A stretch of 64,000 nt of DNA from an uncultured delta proteobacterium (lineage in GTDB: Bacteria; Desulfobacterota; Binatia; Binatales; Binataceae), in assembly GCA_963755905.1 (NCBI GenBank), contig CAVWLM010000002.1, forward strand, positions 160,754 through 224,753. The letters are read 5' to 3'. The translations under genes and the position numbers were made by a program. Below are positions 54,993 through 64,000 of the stretch, one piece after another. How positions within the stretch are numbered: position 1 is the first letter of the stretch; the number at the start of each line of letters is the position of its first letter. The notes under the pieces were generated by a model, which ran no database searches, was not told the origin of the DNA, and worked only from the letters and a program-made list of their open reading frames with translations.

Positions 54993-56729
54993 ATGCCCAG
55001 GTTCGACACGGTCGTAAGAAACGGAATGATCATCGACGGCACCCGCGCGCCGCGCTTTTTCGGTGATGTAGGAATCAAGGATGGCAGAATTGCCGAGATC
55101 GGCAAGCTCGAAGCCCACGACGGCGTGCGAGAGATTGACGCTGCCGGACTGATTGTCGCACCGGGGTTTATCGATCTGCACACTCACTACGACGCGCAGG
55201 TTTTCTGGGATCCGCATTGCTCGATTTCGGGATGGCACGGCGTGACCTCGGTCGCGATCGGAAATTGCGGCTTCGGCTTCGCGCCCGTTCGGCCCGAGCA
55301 GCGCGAACGCGCGATGCTTACGATGACTCGCCTGGAGAGCATTCCGTACGTCTCAATGAAGGCCGGTATGCCCTGGGATTGGGTGACGTTTCCGCAGTTT
55401 CTCGACAGCCTGGAGCGTCAGCCCAAGGGCGTCAATCTGCTGCCCTGTGTCCCCCTCGGGCCGCTCATCACGTGGGTGATGGGAAGTCCGGAGGAGGCCA
55501 AGCATCGGCCGCCCACCGCCGCCGAAGAGCGTGAGATAGTTCGCCTTTTCAGCGAGGCCATGGACGCCGGCGCCTGCGGCTGGTCGGCGCAGCGCCTGCA
55601 CCCCGACGGTCCGGTTTGCCTACAGCGCGACTATGACGGCACGCCGATGGTCACCGACGTCATGGGCGATGAAACCTGCCGCAATCTGGCTCGCGAGCTC
55701 GGTCAGCGTAATTCGGGTTTCATGCAACTGTCGATGGCCACGGCGGATCCTTTTCACGACCTGAAAGAACTCGAGGCGCTCGCCGAACTGAGCCGGCGCC
55801 CCCTGATCTACCAGGCGCTCGTTGCATTCGACCGCCAACCGGAAATCCATCGGTTCCTGATCGCATGGTTCGACCACTGCCATGCCCGGGGATTGCGCGT
55901 CTACCCGCAGGCTCATACCAATACAACCAGTTTTACCTTTACCCTTGCGGACTGGAACCTGTTTGATGACTCCGAGGCCTGGCGCGAGGCGACCCTGGGC
56001 ACCACTCAGGAGCGGTTGACGAAACTGAGCGATCCGCGACGCCGCGCGAAACTCAAAGACTACGCCAACGGCCAGCGGATGGTGACCGGCGATCTGGAGA
56101 ATTTCGTCATCCAGAAGGTTTACACGCCTCGCTTCAAGCACCTGGAAGGTATGACCCTTAAGGACGCGTGCGAGAAGATGGAGGAGCATATCGTCGATGC
56201 GATGCTGGAGATCGCGGTTGCCGATGAGCTGCGCACGGTGTTCGACGCGCCTCCGCCGCATACTCGCCTCGATTTGCTGAAGGAAATCGTCAACTACCCG
56301 TATACCATTCCTGGCCTGTCCGACGGCGGGGCGCACACCAAGTTTTTCTGTGGCGGACGCTATCCAACCGAATTTTTGACCTCATTCACTCGCGACCAGA
56401 ACATGCTGAGCCTGGAAGAGGCGCACTGGAAACTGAGCGCGTGGCCGGCGATATGCGCGGGAGTTTCGGACCGTGGCGTGCTGCGCGAGGGATATGCCGC
56501 CGATATCGTCATGTACGACTACGACAGTTTGGGGATGGACCCGAGCGTGATCGTGCACGACCTTCCCGGCGGCGAATGGCGGCGCGTGCAACGGGCCCGA
56601 GGCTACCGCTACATCATGGTAAACGGCGAGGTCACGATCGTCGACGGACAACCGACGGAACACTCACCCGGGTTGCTGCTGCGGCACGGAAATGGCTGGA
56701 ACAGGCCGCAGATGCGGCGCGCAATCTGA
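54993..56729 (+). CDS. N-acyl-D-amino-acid deacylase (D-aminoacylase) family amidohydrolase
   Basis: APGFIDLHTHYD...GNCGFGFAP. Confidence 0.8.
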   Translation: MPRFDTVVRNGMIIDGTRAPRFFGDVGIKDGRIAEIGKLEAHDGVREIDAAGLIVAPGFIDLHTHYDAQVFWDPHCSISGWHGVTSVAIGNCGFGFAPVRPEQRERAMLTMTRLESIPYVSMKAGMPWDWVTFPQFLDSLERQPKGVNLLPCVPLGPLITWVMGSPEEAKHRPPTAAEEREIVRLFSEAMDAGACGWSAQRLHPDGPVCLQRDYDGTPMVTDVMGDETCRNLARELGQRNSGFMQLSMATADPFHDLKELEALAELSRRPLIYQALVAFDRQPEIHRFLIAWFDHCHARGLRVYPQAHTNTTSFTFTLADWNLFDDSEAWREATLGTTQERLTKLSDPRRRAKLKDYANGQRMVTGDLENFVIQKVYTPRFKHLEGMTLKDACEKMEEHIVDAMLEIAVADELRTVFDAPPPHTRLDLLKEIVNYPYTIPGLSDGGAHTKFFCGGRYPTEFLTSFTRDQNMLSLEEAHWKLSAWPAICAGVSDRGVLREGYAADIVMYDYDSLGMDPSVIVHDLPGGEWRRVQRARGYRYIMVNGEVTIVDGQPTEHSPGLLLRHGNGWNRPQMRRAI

Positions 56730-56734
56730 ATGGG

Positions 56735-57358
56735 CTATTCGCGGGTGCTGAGGAGCGCGTTGACCGAATTGGTCTCGCTTCGCAGGAACAGTACGTGACA
56801 AGAGTTTTCCAAGAGGTGCGTCAGGTATAGGCATTCATCCAACGTCTCTGCCAGGGCGAAGGTGCCGTGACCGCGTACCGCGACGATTTTACTCTCCGCT
56901 AAGGCGCGCGCGATGCTCGCCGGGTTTTCGCCCAGTCTTTCCTGGTCCTGTGATTCCAGCACGGGAGTCCGGCCGAGCACGTCCTTGGCTTCGTTGTAGG
57001 TTGGCGGGATCGTTTCGGCGCACACCAGACTGGCGGCGACGGTATAGATTGGATGACAATGAAGAATCGCGCCTCGTCCGTTTGCCGCCTGTCTGTAGAT
57101 TCCGCGGTGAACGTAGAATTCGCAGGAAGCCTCGCCACGGTCACTCTCGAATGAATTGACAACGATCAGGTCCGAGTAGGGATTGAGACTCCTCAGCGAT
57201 CGGCCGCTTTTTGTGATGAGGATATTGTCCGTGGGCAGAAGGACCGAAACGTTGCCGGACCTCAATGAGTTCAAGCCGAGCTCCCAGGTCGCCTGTGCGG
57301 CATTGACGATCTCACTTCGTGTCGTCGATGAGTCCTCGTACACGGCGGTGTCCTCCAT
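56735..57358 (-). CDS. Class II aldolase/adducin-family protein
   Basis: LHCHPIYTVAAS...VRGHGTFA. Confidence 0.7.
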   Translation of the reverse strand: MEDTAVYEDSSTTRSEIVNAAQATWELGLNSLRSGNVSVLLPTDNILITKSGRSLRSLNPYSDLIVVNSFESDRGEASCEFYVHRGIYRQAANGRGAILHCHPIYTVAASLVCAETIPPTYNEAKDVLGRTPVLESQDQERLGENPASIARALAESKIVAVRGHGTFALAETLDECLYLTHLLENSCHVLFLRSETNSVNALLSTRE

Positions 57359-57840
57359 TGAGGTAGGAGCAACCTGTGCTTAGCGTTTGGCGGGTTTGGG
57401 GGTCCGTACGCAGAAGCAGCCGGCTTTCGTACCTTTGGAGGGCAACTTAGTATGCTCTTCCGCCTAGGTCAACGCGCTCTAGGGGCACGAGTCTCAGTCG
57501 CGTCGAAACGTGAGAGGGGCGAACGGGTTTTCGGCTCCCGTCGGACTCCGAGCCCCCAATGGCCGCGAGCCCGGGGCGCCCGTCTCTGGCCCGCCGAGAG
57601 CGCCGCCACCACGTTAGAGGGGATGATTCGGATGCCGTGCGCCTGGCAGTCTGTCAGCTTCGGGTATTGCCGTAAAAGGAGCTATGATGGCATCGTTGGA
57701 TTCGACCTCGGATTCAGGAGATTAGCTGGCAGGCCTGCCATCGTCGCGCTAACCGCTTAAGCGACGCGCGGAAAGCGCGTATGAAACCACCGCGCGCCGC
57801 GAACCAAAGGTCGTCGGCGGCAAAGGATACATCGGACCGG

Positions 57841-58302
57841 ATGAAACGCTCACTATTGCTATCAGCAGTGCTCGCGCTATCGCTCGCAGTTCCGTTCGCG
57901 TCGTCCCGGGCCGCCGGCCCGAGCAGTGGAATTCGCGTGGTGGTGCAGGGTTTGCGCAATGACCAGGGCCGCGTCGGATGTTCTCTTTTCAAGGGTCCAG
58001 ACGGCTTCCCACGCGACAAGGATAAGCAGTTCCGTGGTATGTGGACCAAGAAGCATAACCATGTGGCCGTGTGCGACTTCCCCGGCGTTCCCGCCGGGAC
58101 CTACGCGGCCACCGTCCTCGACGACACCAACATGAATGGCAAGATGGATTTCAATTTCATAGGTTTCCCGACGAAGGGCTACGGATTCTCGAACGACGCG
58201 AAGGCGACGCTCTCGGCGCCATCGTTCGATGCGGCGAGCTTCAAATATACCGGCGAAGGCTCGCTGCCGGTGATCATCAATATAGTTTACCGGACCAACT
58301 GA
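57841..58302 (+). CDS. DUF2141-domain secreted protein
   Basis: Signal peptide. GxRVVVQGLRNDQGRV...DDTNMNGKMDFNFIGFPTKGYGFSN. Confidence 0.55.
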   Translation: MKRSLLLSAVLALSLAVPFASSRAAGPSSGIRVVVQGLRNDQGRVGCSLFKGPDGFPRDKDKQFRGMWTKKHNHVAVCDFPGVPAGTYAATVLDDTNMNGKMDFNFIGFPTKGYGFSNDAKATLSAPSFDAASFKYTGEGSLPVIINIVYRTN

Positions 58303-58364
58303 GGCATGGCGCTGATCCGGATCGGATATAAAAGGTCGAGCTCTCGAATCCGAAAGAGTGGCCT

Positions 58365-58787
58365 ATGAGAATCGAACTGGCTCAGTTGCGGAATTTCGCG
58401 GAGAGGTATACCGCGGCGTGGTGTAGTAAAGATCCCGCGAGCGTGGCGGCGTTCTATTCGCCGAATGGCTCGCTCAACGTCAACGGCGGGGCTCCCGCTG
58501 TGGGGCGCGTAGCGATCGGAGAGGTTGCTCGGGGCTTCATGAGCGCCTTTCCGGATATAGTGGTGACCATGGACAGCGTCGTCGTTCAGGGCGACCGCGC
58601 CATTTACCATTGGACTCTAACCGGTACCAACACCGGGCCTGGCGGGACCGGGAAGCGAGTTCGCATCAGCGGGTTCGAGGACTGGGAGATCGGTGGCGAC
58701 GGGCTAATCGCGGAGTCACAAGGTCACTTTGACGATACTGAGTATCAGCGCCAGCTCAAACATGGCGCCGAGGAATCGCAGAAGTGA
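58365..58787 (+). CDS. SnoaL-like / NTF2-fold (ester-cyclase-like) protein
   Basis: LRNFAERYTAAWCSKDPASVAAFYSPNG. Confidence 0.6.
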   Translation: MRIELAQLRNFAERYTAAWCSKDPASVAAFYSPNGSLNVNGGAPAVGRVAIGEVARGFMSAFPDIVVTMDSVVVQGDRAIYHWTLTGTNTGPGGTGKRVRISGFEDWEIGGDGLIAESQGHFDDTEYQRQLKHGAEESQK

Positions 58788-58865
58788 TTTGAGGGGGCAT
58801 GCCACCGCGAACGCGCGTACCTTCTGACTATTGGACTCGGGCTGGTTCTTTTCGCGGGCGGCAAA

Positions 58866-59915
58866 TCAGCGCATTGGTTCGACGACGGTTTCGTGGAAGC
58901 GGCGGAAGTTATCGATCGCGCGTCCGTTACCCAGGGGCCACAGCACTATCTCATCCGCGCCCGCTCGGAACGTTTCTTCAACCTTCTGCCGCACCAGGTC
59001 GGGTGGTCCGCTGACGGCCATGGCCGCGATCATCGCGGAATTGACGAAGCGTGAGAAACGCTCCGGGATGCCGATGAAGTAGCGATCGTATAGCTGGAGA
59101 TGACGGGGCTCGGGTATCTTGTCCACTTCGTCGGCGAAGGCGGCCAGATACTCCGGCATTTCCGACCGTGCGCCGCGGAAGTTGTCCAGCGCATACCGCA
59201 GAAACGCGAGAATCTGCGGACCCAATGCTTCGCGCGCGCTCGATGAATCCGGCGCCTCGCCCGGTCCGGTCACGTATGCGCCGAGCATCGCCACGATCTT
59301 GAACGGTTCACCGACGCCCGCCGCGGCACGCCCCGCGCGAGCATTGTCGACCGACTTTTTCAGTTCCAGTCCGATCGCTGCCGACGCGATTAGCCCATCT
59401 CCCAGTTCGCCCGCCATCGCGGTCGTCTTCGGTCCTGTCGCACCCACGTAGAACGGAATGTGCGGCGTCAGCCTTATGAAGCCGTCCGCCTGATGCACCA
59501 GGCGGACTTTGCTGGAGCGCGCACCCTCATGGTAAGTGGCTATGCCGCCGCGCAAAAGGTCCCGGATCGTTTCGCATTCGCGCCGGAATTCCGACATCGA
59601 CACAGGCGGCATCCCCATTACGCGTCGCGCGGTGTTGCCCGTGGCAAATCCCAGTATGGTTCTCCCCGGCGCAAGCTCATTGATGGTCGCGATCGAATGC
59701 GCGGTAACCGGCGCGATTCGGTTCTGCGCCACCGAAACCGCCGTGCCCAGCGTGAGCCGGCTCGTGTGGAACGCCGCCAGGGCCATCGTCGCGTAGACGT
59801 CCGAATAGACCATCGGCGAGTCGTAAAGCCAACAGCTATCGAAGCCGATGGCCTCGAGCTCGCGTGATTCCTTGTAGATATCGATATAGGCCGGAAAGGC
59901 TACACCAAATCTCAT
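58866..59915 (-). CDS. LLM-class F420/flavin-dependent oxidoreductase
   Basis: MRFGVAFP...TLGTAVSV...ILGFATG. Confidence 0.8.
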   Translation of the reverse strand: MRFGVAFPAYIDIYKESRELEAIGFDSCWLYDSPMVYSDVYATMALAAFHTSRLTLGTAVSVAQNRIAPVTAHSIATINELAPGRTILGFATGNTARRVMGMPPVSMSEFRRECETIRDLLRGGIATYHEGARSSKVRLVHQADGFIRLTPHIPFYVGATGPKTTAMAGELGDGLIASAAIGLELKKSVDNARAGRAAAGVGEPFKIVAMLGAYVTGPGEAPDSSSAREALGPQILAFLRYALDNFRGARSEMPEYLAAFADEVDKIPEPRHLQLYDRYFIGIPERFSRFVNSAMIAAMAVSGPPDLVRQKVEETFRAGADEIVLWPLGNGRAIDNFRRFHETVVEPMR

Positions 59916-59931
59916 TACTTACTTCCTGCCA

Positions 59932-60945
59932 TCACAAGCGAGGTATTACCCTTTCTCCGAAGACGCGGATCGATTCGAGAGTCTCCTGATGAGAGGGGCC
60001 GCCGGGTTGGCGGAACCGGACGATGAGGTAGTCTGGCTTGATCACTTCGCGCCACATCTGAAGCTGTTCGAGGCATTCGTCGGGCGAACCGACGATGAGC
60101 CGGTCTTTGGCGGCCTTGGCGAACGTCAACTCCTCGGCACGCTTGACGTCCTTCAAGTACTCGTCAGGCAGGTAACTGTTGTTTTCGAAGTAGAAGCGAT
60201 GCGTAACCATGGTGGGACCACTCACCGCCTCGGCGGCGGCGAAGCTGGGCGCCACGATCGCGTCGCGCATCAGGCAGATATATGGCTTGCGCCCGTTTTT
60301 CGCGGCAGCCTCCCTATAGGTTTCGGCGAATTGCCTGATTATGGGAAGTGATTGAACCGGGTCGGCGATCCATCCGTCAGCCAGCCGGGCGGCGCGGCGC
60401 AGCCCGACCGCGGTCCATGAAGCCATCCAGATTGGAGGACCCGCGGGAAGCATCGGTCTAAGCGTAACCAGGGCGTCGTTGAGCTGAAAATGTTTGCCGC
60501 TGAAGTCGAAGCGCTTGCCGGTCCAGCATCGGCGGATGATCTCGATCGATTCCGTGGTGCGAGTGGCGCGTTCTTCGACCGGGATGCCGAACGCGGAGAA
60601 ATCATTCGGTTGATAGCCGACGCCGACACTGAGCACCAGGCGTCCCTTGGTTGCCAGATCGATCAGCGCGCAATCTTCGGCGACGTGCACCGGATGATGC
60701 AGCGGCATCAGAAGCACGCAGGTGCCGACTCGCAGCCGCTTGGTGCGCGCTCCGATAAGCGCCGCCATCAGCAACGGTGACGGGACGTAGCCGTCGGGCT
60801 GCTGATGATGTTCGCTGATGAAGCATCCGTCCCATCCCGCGGACTCGGCCGCCGCAGCTTCGGCGAACACCTCCTCCAGCAAACGAGCCATGTTCTTGCC
60901 GTCGGGCGGGTCCTGAGTGCAGGGGAAATATCCAACCGGGAGCAC
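59932..60945 (-). CDS. LLM-class flavin-dependent oxidoreductase
   Basis: Start reassigned to GTG at 60945, 5 nt after an AAGGAG RBS (VLPVGYF...). The long 5' extension of the ORF is Arg-rich junk. Confidence 0.7.
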   Translation of the reverse strand: MLPVGYFPCTQDPPDGKNMARLLEEVFAEAAAAESAGWDGCFISEHHQQPDGYVPSPLLMAALIGARTKRLRVGTCVLLMPLHHPVHVAEDCALIDLATKGRLVLSVGVGYQPNDFSAFGIPVEERATRTTESIEIIRRCWTGKRFDFSGKHFQLNDALVTLRPMLPAGPPIWMASWTAVGLRRAARLADGWIADPVQSLPIIRQFAETYREAAAKNGRKPYICLMRDAIVAPSFAAAEAVSGPTMVTHRFYFENNSYLPDEYLKDVKRAEELTFAKAAKDRLIVGSPDECLEQLQMWREVIKPDYLIVRFRQPGGPSHQETLESIRVFGERVIPRL

Positions 60946-61007
60946 GTAAACTCCTTTCGAGATTCGGCGCTTAGCTGGCGAGAACTCCGCTCTTGCTGGC
61001 CGGCTCG

Positions 61008-61631
61008 CTACTCTTCGAACGCCTTGTTGAAGCCGTAGCCGACCATCTGCGCGTGAAAGCCGGCGACGTCGTGCGAGAGAATCAGGAGGTCGCTTTTCTT
61101 GCCGGAGCGATCTTTCACATGGTCGCGCAGCAGCGCTTCGGGCCGGAATCCCATGCTCTGAAAAGTGGAGATCGCTCCTTTTTGATCGACCGTCATCTGG
61201 GCGATCATCTTTTCGATCCCCTGTCCCAGAGCGATCGCAAAGGCCTCCTGGGTAAGCAAGCGGCCCAATCCCTTGCCGCGCATCTTCGGCGAAACCAGGA
61301 CGCGAAGCTCCGCCACGTGGGGTGACCACGAGAGTTCTCCGCGGTCGACGGTGGCGTAGCCGACGACCGTGCCGTCGTGCTCGGCGAGGATGCTGCTGAT
61401 GCGTCCGCGTTCGATTCCATTGAGCCACACGTCGATCGCTTCCGGCCTGGTGATATCGCGGCGCAGGAATAGAAGATCGTGCTCGGGAAGCGAGCGGGCG
61501 AACGACAGCGCGTTCTCCCGATCGGCGTCGGTCATTTTGCGCAGGTTGACGGCGAAGCCGTTCAGGGAAACCTCGCGAGGGTACCTGCGCGGAGTTTCGC
61601 CCTTGTCATGTGTCGCAGTGTTTTGCGTCAT
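61008..61631 (-). CDS. GNAT-family N-acetyltransferase
   Basis: RGKGLGRLLTQEA is acetyl-CoA-binding motif A. The ATG overlaps the phaC stop (ATGA). Confidence 0.7.
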   Translation of the reverse strand: MTQNTATHDKGETPRRYPREVSLNGFAVNLRKMTDADRENALSFARSLPEHDLLFLRRDITRPEAIDVWLNGIERGRISSILAEHDGTVVGYATVDRGELSWSPHVAELRVLVSPKMRGKGLGRLLTQEAFAIALGQGIEKMIAQMTVDQKGAISTFQSMGFRPEALLRDHVKDRSGKKSDLLILSHDVAGFHAQMVGYGFNKAFEE

Positions 61632-62713
61632 ATGGATCGCTCCGAAAGCCAGCGGTCGACCGCGGGCCACAGCCGGTTTTTCGCGTTAGGCCCCGCCAAT
61701 ACGCTCACGTGTCCGCCCTTCAATACGATCTCTTCCTTATCCTTGCTGCCTACCAGCGAAAGCAGATCCTTCGCCGATTCCAACGGCACTATATGGTCGT
61801 GTTCGGCCATGACCGCCAGAAGGGGCACGCGCACCGTGTCGAGTTTCACCGCGCGCCCCCGCAGGACCATCTGGCCGTCGTAAAGTTTGTTCTCCCATAG
61901 AACTTCCTTGTGGTACTGGCGGAAGCACTCGCCGGCGAACGGGATCTGATCGTTCGCCCAGCGATCGATCATGCGGTACGACTTCACGAAGGCATCGTTC
62001 CAGATGTTGTCCCACAGGCGGATTTGCGAGGCGATCTTCGCTGCCGGCTTCAACATATCGAAGGCGCTGATGAGCATTTCGGGTGGGACGTTGCCCAGCG
62101 TATCGACGATTCGATCCACGTCGAAGTAGCGAGGGTCGGTCCATTGGCGGAACATCTTCATCCCGGTGGAATCGATGGGCGTCGTCAGGCAAATGAGGTT
62201 TTTCAAGGGCCCGTCGGGATGCGCCGCCGCGTACATCAGCGACAGTTGTCCTCCCATGCAGTAGCCGAAAACGGAAAGGTCCGGCTCGCCGCTGTCGGCG
62301 CCGATTCGCCTGATGCATTCGGGGAGGAAATCCAGCACGTAGTTCTCGATTCGGAGCCGGGAGTCTTCCGGCCGCGGCACGCCCCAGTCGATCATGTAGA
62401 CGTCGTAGCCTTGCTTGAGCAGGAACTCGACCAGGCTCTGGCTGGGAGCGAGGTCGAAAATGTATGGCTTGCACAACAGCGACATCACGAGAACCACGGG
62501 CACCCGATAGACCTCGGAAGCGAGCGGCCGGTAGTGGTACAACCTGAGCGTGCCGCTGGAGTAAATCGCGTCTTTGGGGGTCAAGCCGGTCGGCGGATCG
62601 CTTGTCGTGAAATAATTGAGCCCCTTGATGTTCCGAAGGAATGCCCGTTCGACTTCGGCTCGAACCTGATCGGCTACCGTCGGGGTTTCGGACTGCTGAG
62701 TGGCAGTGCTCAT
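61628..62713 (-). CDS. phaC: Class III poly(3-hydroxyalkanoate) synthase, catalytic subunit
   Basis: About 360 aa. Lipase-box GYCMGG (G-x-C-x-G) and VLVMSLLCKPYIFDL. Confidence 0.85.
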   Translation of the reverse strand: MSTATQQSETPTVADQVRAEVERAFLRNIKGLNYFTTSDPPTGLTPKDAIYSSGTLRLYHYRPLASEVYRVPVVLVMSLLCKPYIFDLAPSQSLVEFLLKQGYDVYMIDWGVPRPEDSRLRIENYVLDFLPECIRRIGADSGEPDLSVFGYCMGGQLSLMYAAAHPDGPLKNLICLTTPIDSTGMKMFRQWTDPRYFDVDRIVDTLGNVPPEMLISAFDMLKPAAKIASQIRLWDNIWNDAFVKSYRMIDRWANDQIPFAGECFRQYHKEVLWENKLYDGQMVLRGRAVKLDTVRVPLLAVMAEHDHIVPLESAKDLLSLVGSKDKEEIVLKGGHVSVLAGPNAKNRLWPAVDRWLSERSI

Positions 62714-63123
62714 GATTTTTCACCCGCTGGTTTTTTGGTACGTGGAGGCCGAGGAGTTGAATCCGCCGCCTCGCCCGCGCCGTCTTTCCCGCCGAATGAC
62801 CGCACGGTGGCGGCTTCAATCGCCGCCAGTCGTTCCTCGATAGCGGTCAGGCGGCCGCCAAGTTCGAGGACGTCGCTGCGCGTCGGCAGATTGAGCGAGG
62901 TGAGGTACCGCTCCACCGTCTCTCCCAGCTTCTTTTGCATCTGCATGAAGAGGTTGGTGAATTGGCCAAGGAACCGGCCGAACTGGTCGGTCCCCATCAC
63001 TCCGTTGAGGAAGCTGTTCCATTGGCGCTCGGATTCGTTGAGCCACTCGCGCCAGGAGGAGAAAGGATCAGAACCAGGGTTCCGCTGCTGTTCGGCCACG
63101 CTCGTTCCCTCCTCTGTATTCAA
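62710..63123 (-). CDS. Short PhaE-like subunit of class III PHA synthase (putative)
   Basis: 137 aa. LNLPTRSDVLEL matches the conserved PhaE C-terminal motif LNLPTRSEVDE. Translationally coupled to phaC. Confidence 0.5.
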   Translation of the reverse strand: MNTEEGTSVAEQQRNPGSDPFSSWREWLNESERQWNSFLNGVMGTDQFGRFLGQFTNLFMQMQKKLGETVERYLTSLNLPTRSDVLELGGRLTAIEERLAAIEAATVRSFGGKDGAGEAADSTPRPPRTKKPAGEKS

Positions 63124-63290
63124 GACGCCTAGTCGCGTTTCGCGCTTGAGTCAAACGAGTCGGAAGTAGCGATCGCGACAAACGGCTGGAACTGGCTTCG
63201 CGGGCGCTTCCGCCGGGTTGACGCTACCGTCTATCTTCGCAAAATATTCTGCACTACCCTCTCGGGTGGAATCGGCTGAAGGAGATCGCG

Positions 63291-64000
63291 ATGAGAAGAG
63301 TCAGCAAGAATGTCTATACGGAAGTCTACTTCTGGGGCTGCAATCCCGGCTTCGTCGAAACCAGTGACGGCGTGGTCATGATCGATTCGCCTCAGCAGCC
63401 AATCGACGCCGTACGATGGCGCGAGATGTTGCAGGAGAAGGGCCGCATCCATCATCTGATCAACACCGAACCGCATGCCGACCACACCCTGGGTAACGCG
63501 TATTTCCCCGACGTCGAGATAATCGGCCACGTCAAGCTGCAGGCTTGTTTCGATCAGTACCTGAACATGATGTACACGCCGGAAGTGCGCCTGGAACGGA
63601 TGAAAACGGAAGATCCCGACAGCGTCTTCCTGATGGGCCATCCGGACTATCCCGCATCCAACGGGCCGAAGCGGATTTTCAACGACGAACTGACGCTGCA
63701 CGTCGGGAATCACACGATAAAGATCATCCACATGCCCGGGCATACCGCGCCGCAGACCTCGGTCTACCTGCCGGAAGAGGGCGTGGTCTTCACCGGCGAC
63801 AACGTCTTCCAGAAATGCAAGACCTTCGTCCAGGAAGCCGACCCGTGGGAATGGCTTGGAGCGCTCAAGCGTATCGAGGCGCTCGACGTTGAAACGATCG
63901 TTCCGGGACACGGCGAACCGTGCGACAAAAGCTACCTCAGGCGACAGGCGGAAATTATCGAGAACTGGGTCGAACTGGTCGAGGGTTTCGTGCGCCGGGG
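63291..64000 (+). CDS. MBL-fold metallo-hydrolase (partial; runs off the window end)
   Basis: HLINTEPHADHT (HxHxDH) and PGHGEP. AAGGAG RBS. Confidence 0.7.
   Translation, partial: MRRVSKNVYTEVYFWGCNPGFVETSDGVVMIDSPQQPIDAVRWREMLQEKGRIHHLINTEPHADHTLGNAYFPDVEIIGHVKLQACFDQYLNMMYTPEVRLERMKTEDPDSVFLMGHPDYPASNGPKRIFNDELTLHVGNHTIKIIHMPGHTAPQTSVYLPEEGVVFTGDNVFQKCKTFVQEADPWEWLGALKRIEALDVETIVPGHGEPCDKSYLRRQAEIIENWVELVEGFVRR

Noticed and set aside
63231-63911. 226-aa minus-strand ORF
   Set aside because: Antisense to the MBL-fold gene that carries clear HxHxDH motifs.
1-64000. CRISPR arrays, insertion sequences, intact transposases or phage structural genes
   Set aside because: No regularly spaced direct repeats, terminal inverted repeats or transposase/capsid motifs were seen. 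The only mobile-element trace is the integrase remnant next to tRNA-Leu.

Overview
High-GC (~65-68%) bacterial chromosomal segment, probably from a Gram-negative soil organism rich in LLM/F420-type oxidoreductases. Most of the window is ordinary catabolic genes. These include a pcaH-pcaG-pcaB protocatechuate module preceded by a benzoylformate-decarboxylase-like TPP enzyme, three GST-family genes, an oxc-frc oxalate operon with a frameshifted frc, a TTQ-type amine dehydrogenase heavy/light chain pair, a class III PHA synthase phaE-phaC operon, and several LLM oxidoreductases. There is also a MazEF-type toxin-antitoxin pair and tRNA-Leu(UAG) and tRNA-Ser(UGA) genes. The most unusual stretch is about 24.6-31.4 kb. 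It holds a lasso-peptide-like RiPP locus with a PqqD-like B1 recognition protein, a transglutaminase-like B2 protease, an HPr-kinase-like kinase, a nucleotidyltransferase and an ABC exporter. I cannot find a cyclase or a precursor peptide in the window. The locus is followed by a convergent B12-binding radical SAM gene. From there a lower-GC island (~29.9-39.8 kb) carries lipoproteins, a BON protein, a prokaryotic pentameric ligand-gated ion channel, a lipase and an acyltransferase-3, and ends in a decayed antiporter gene, an integrase remnant and tRNA-Leu. A single-module NRPS (A-T-TE) sits next to a prolyl-hydroxylase-like oxygenase. No CRISPR arrays or intact transposases were seen. All functional calls come from reading the translated ORFs against remembered family motifs; no searches were run.
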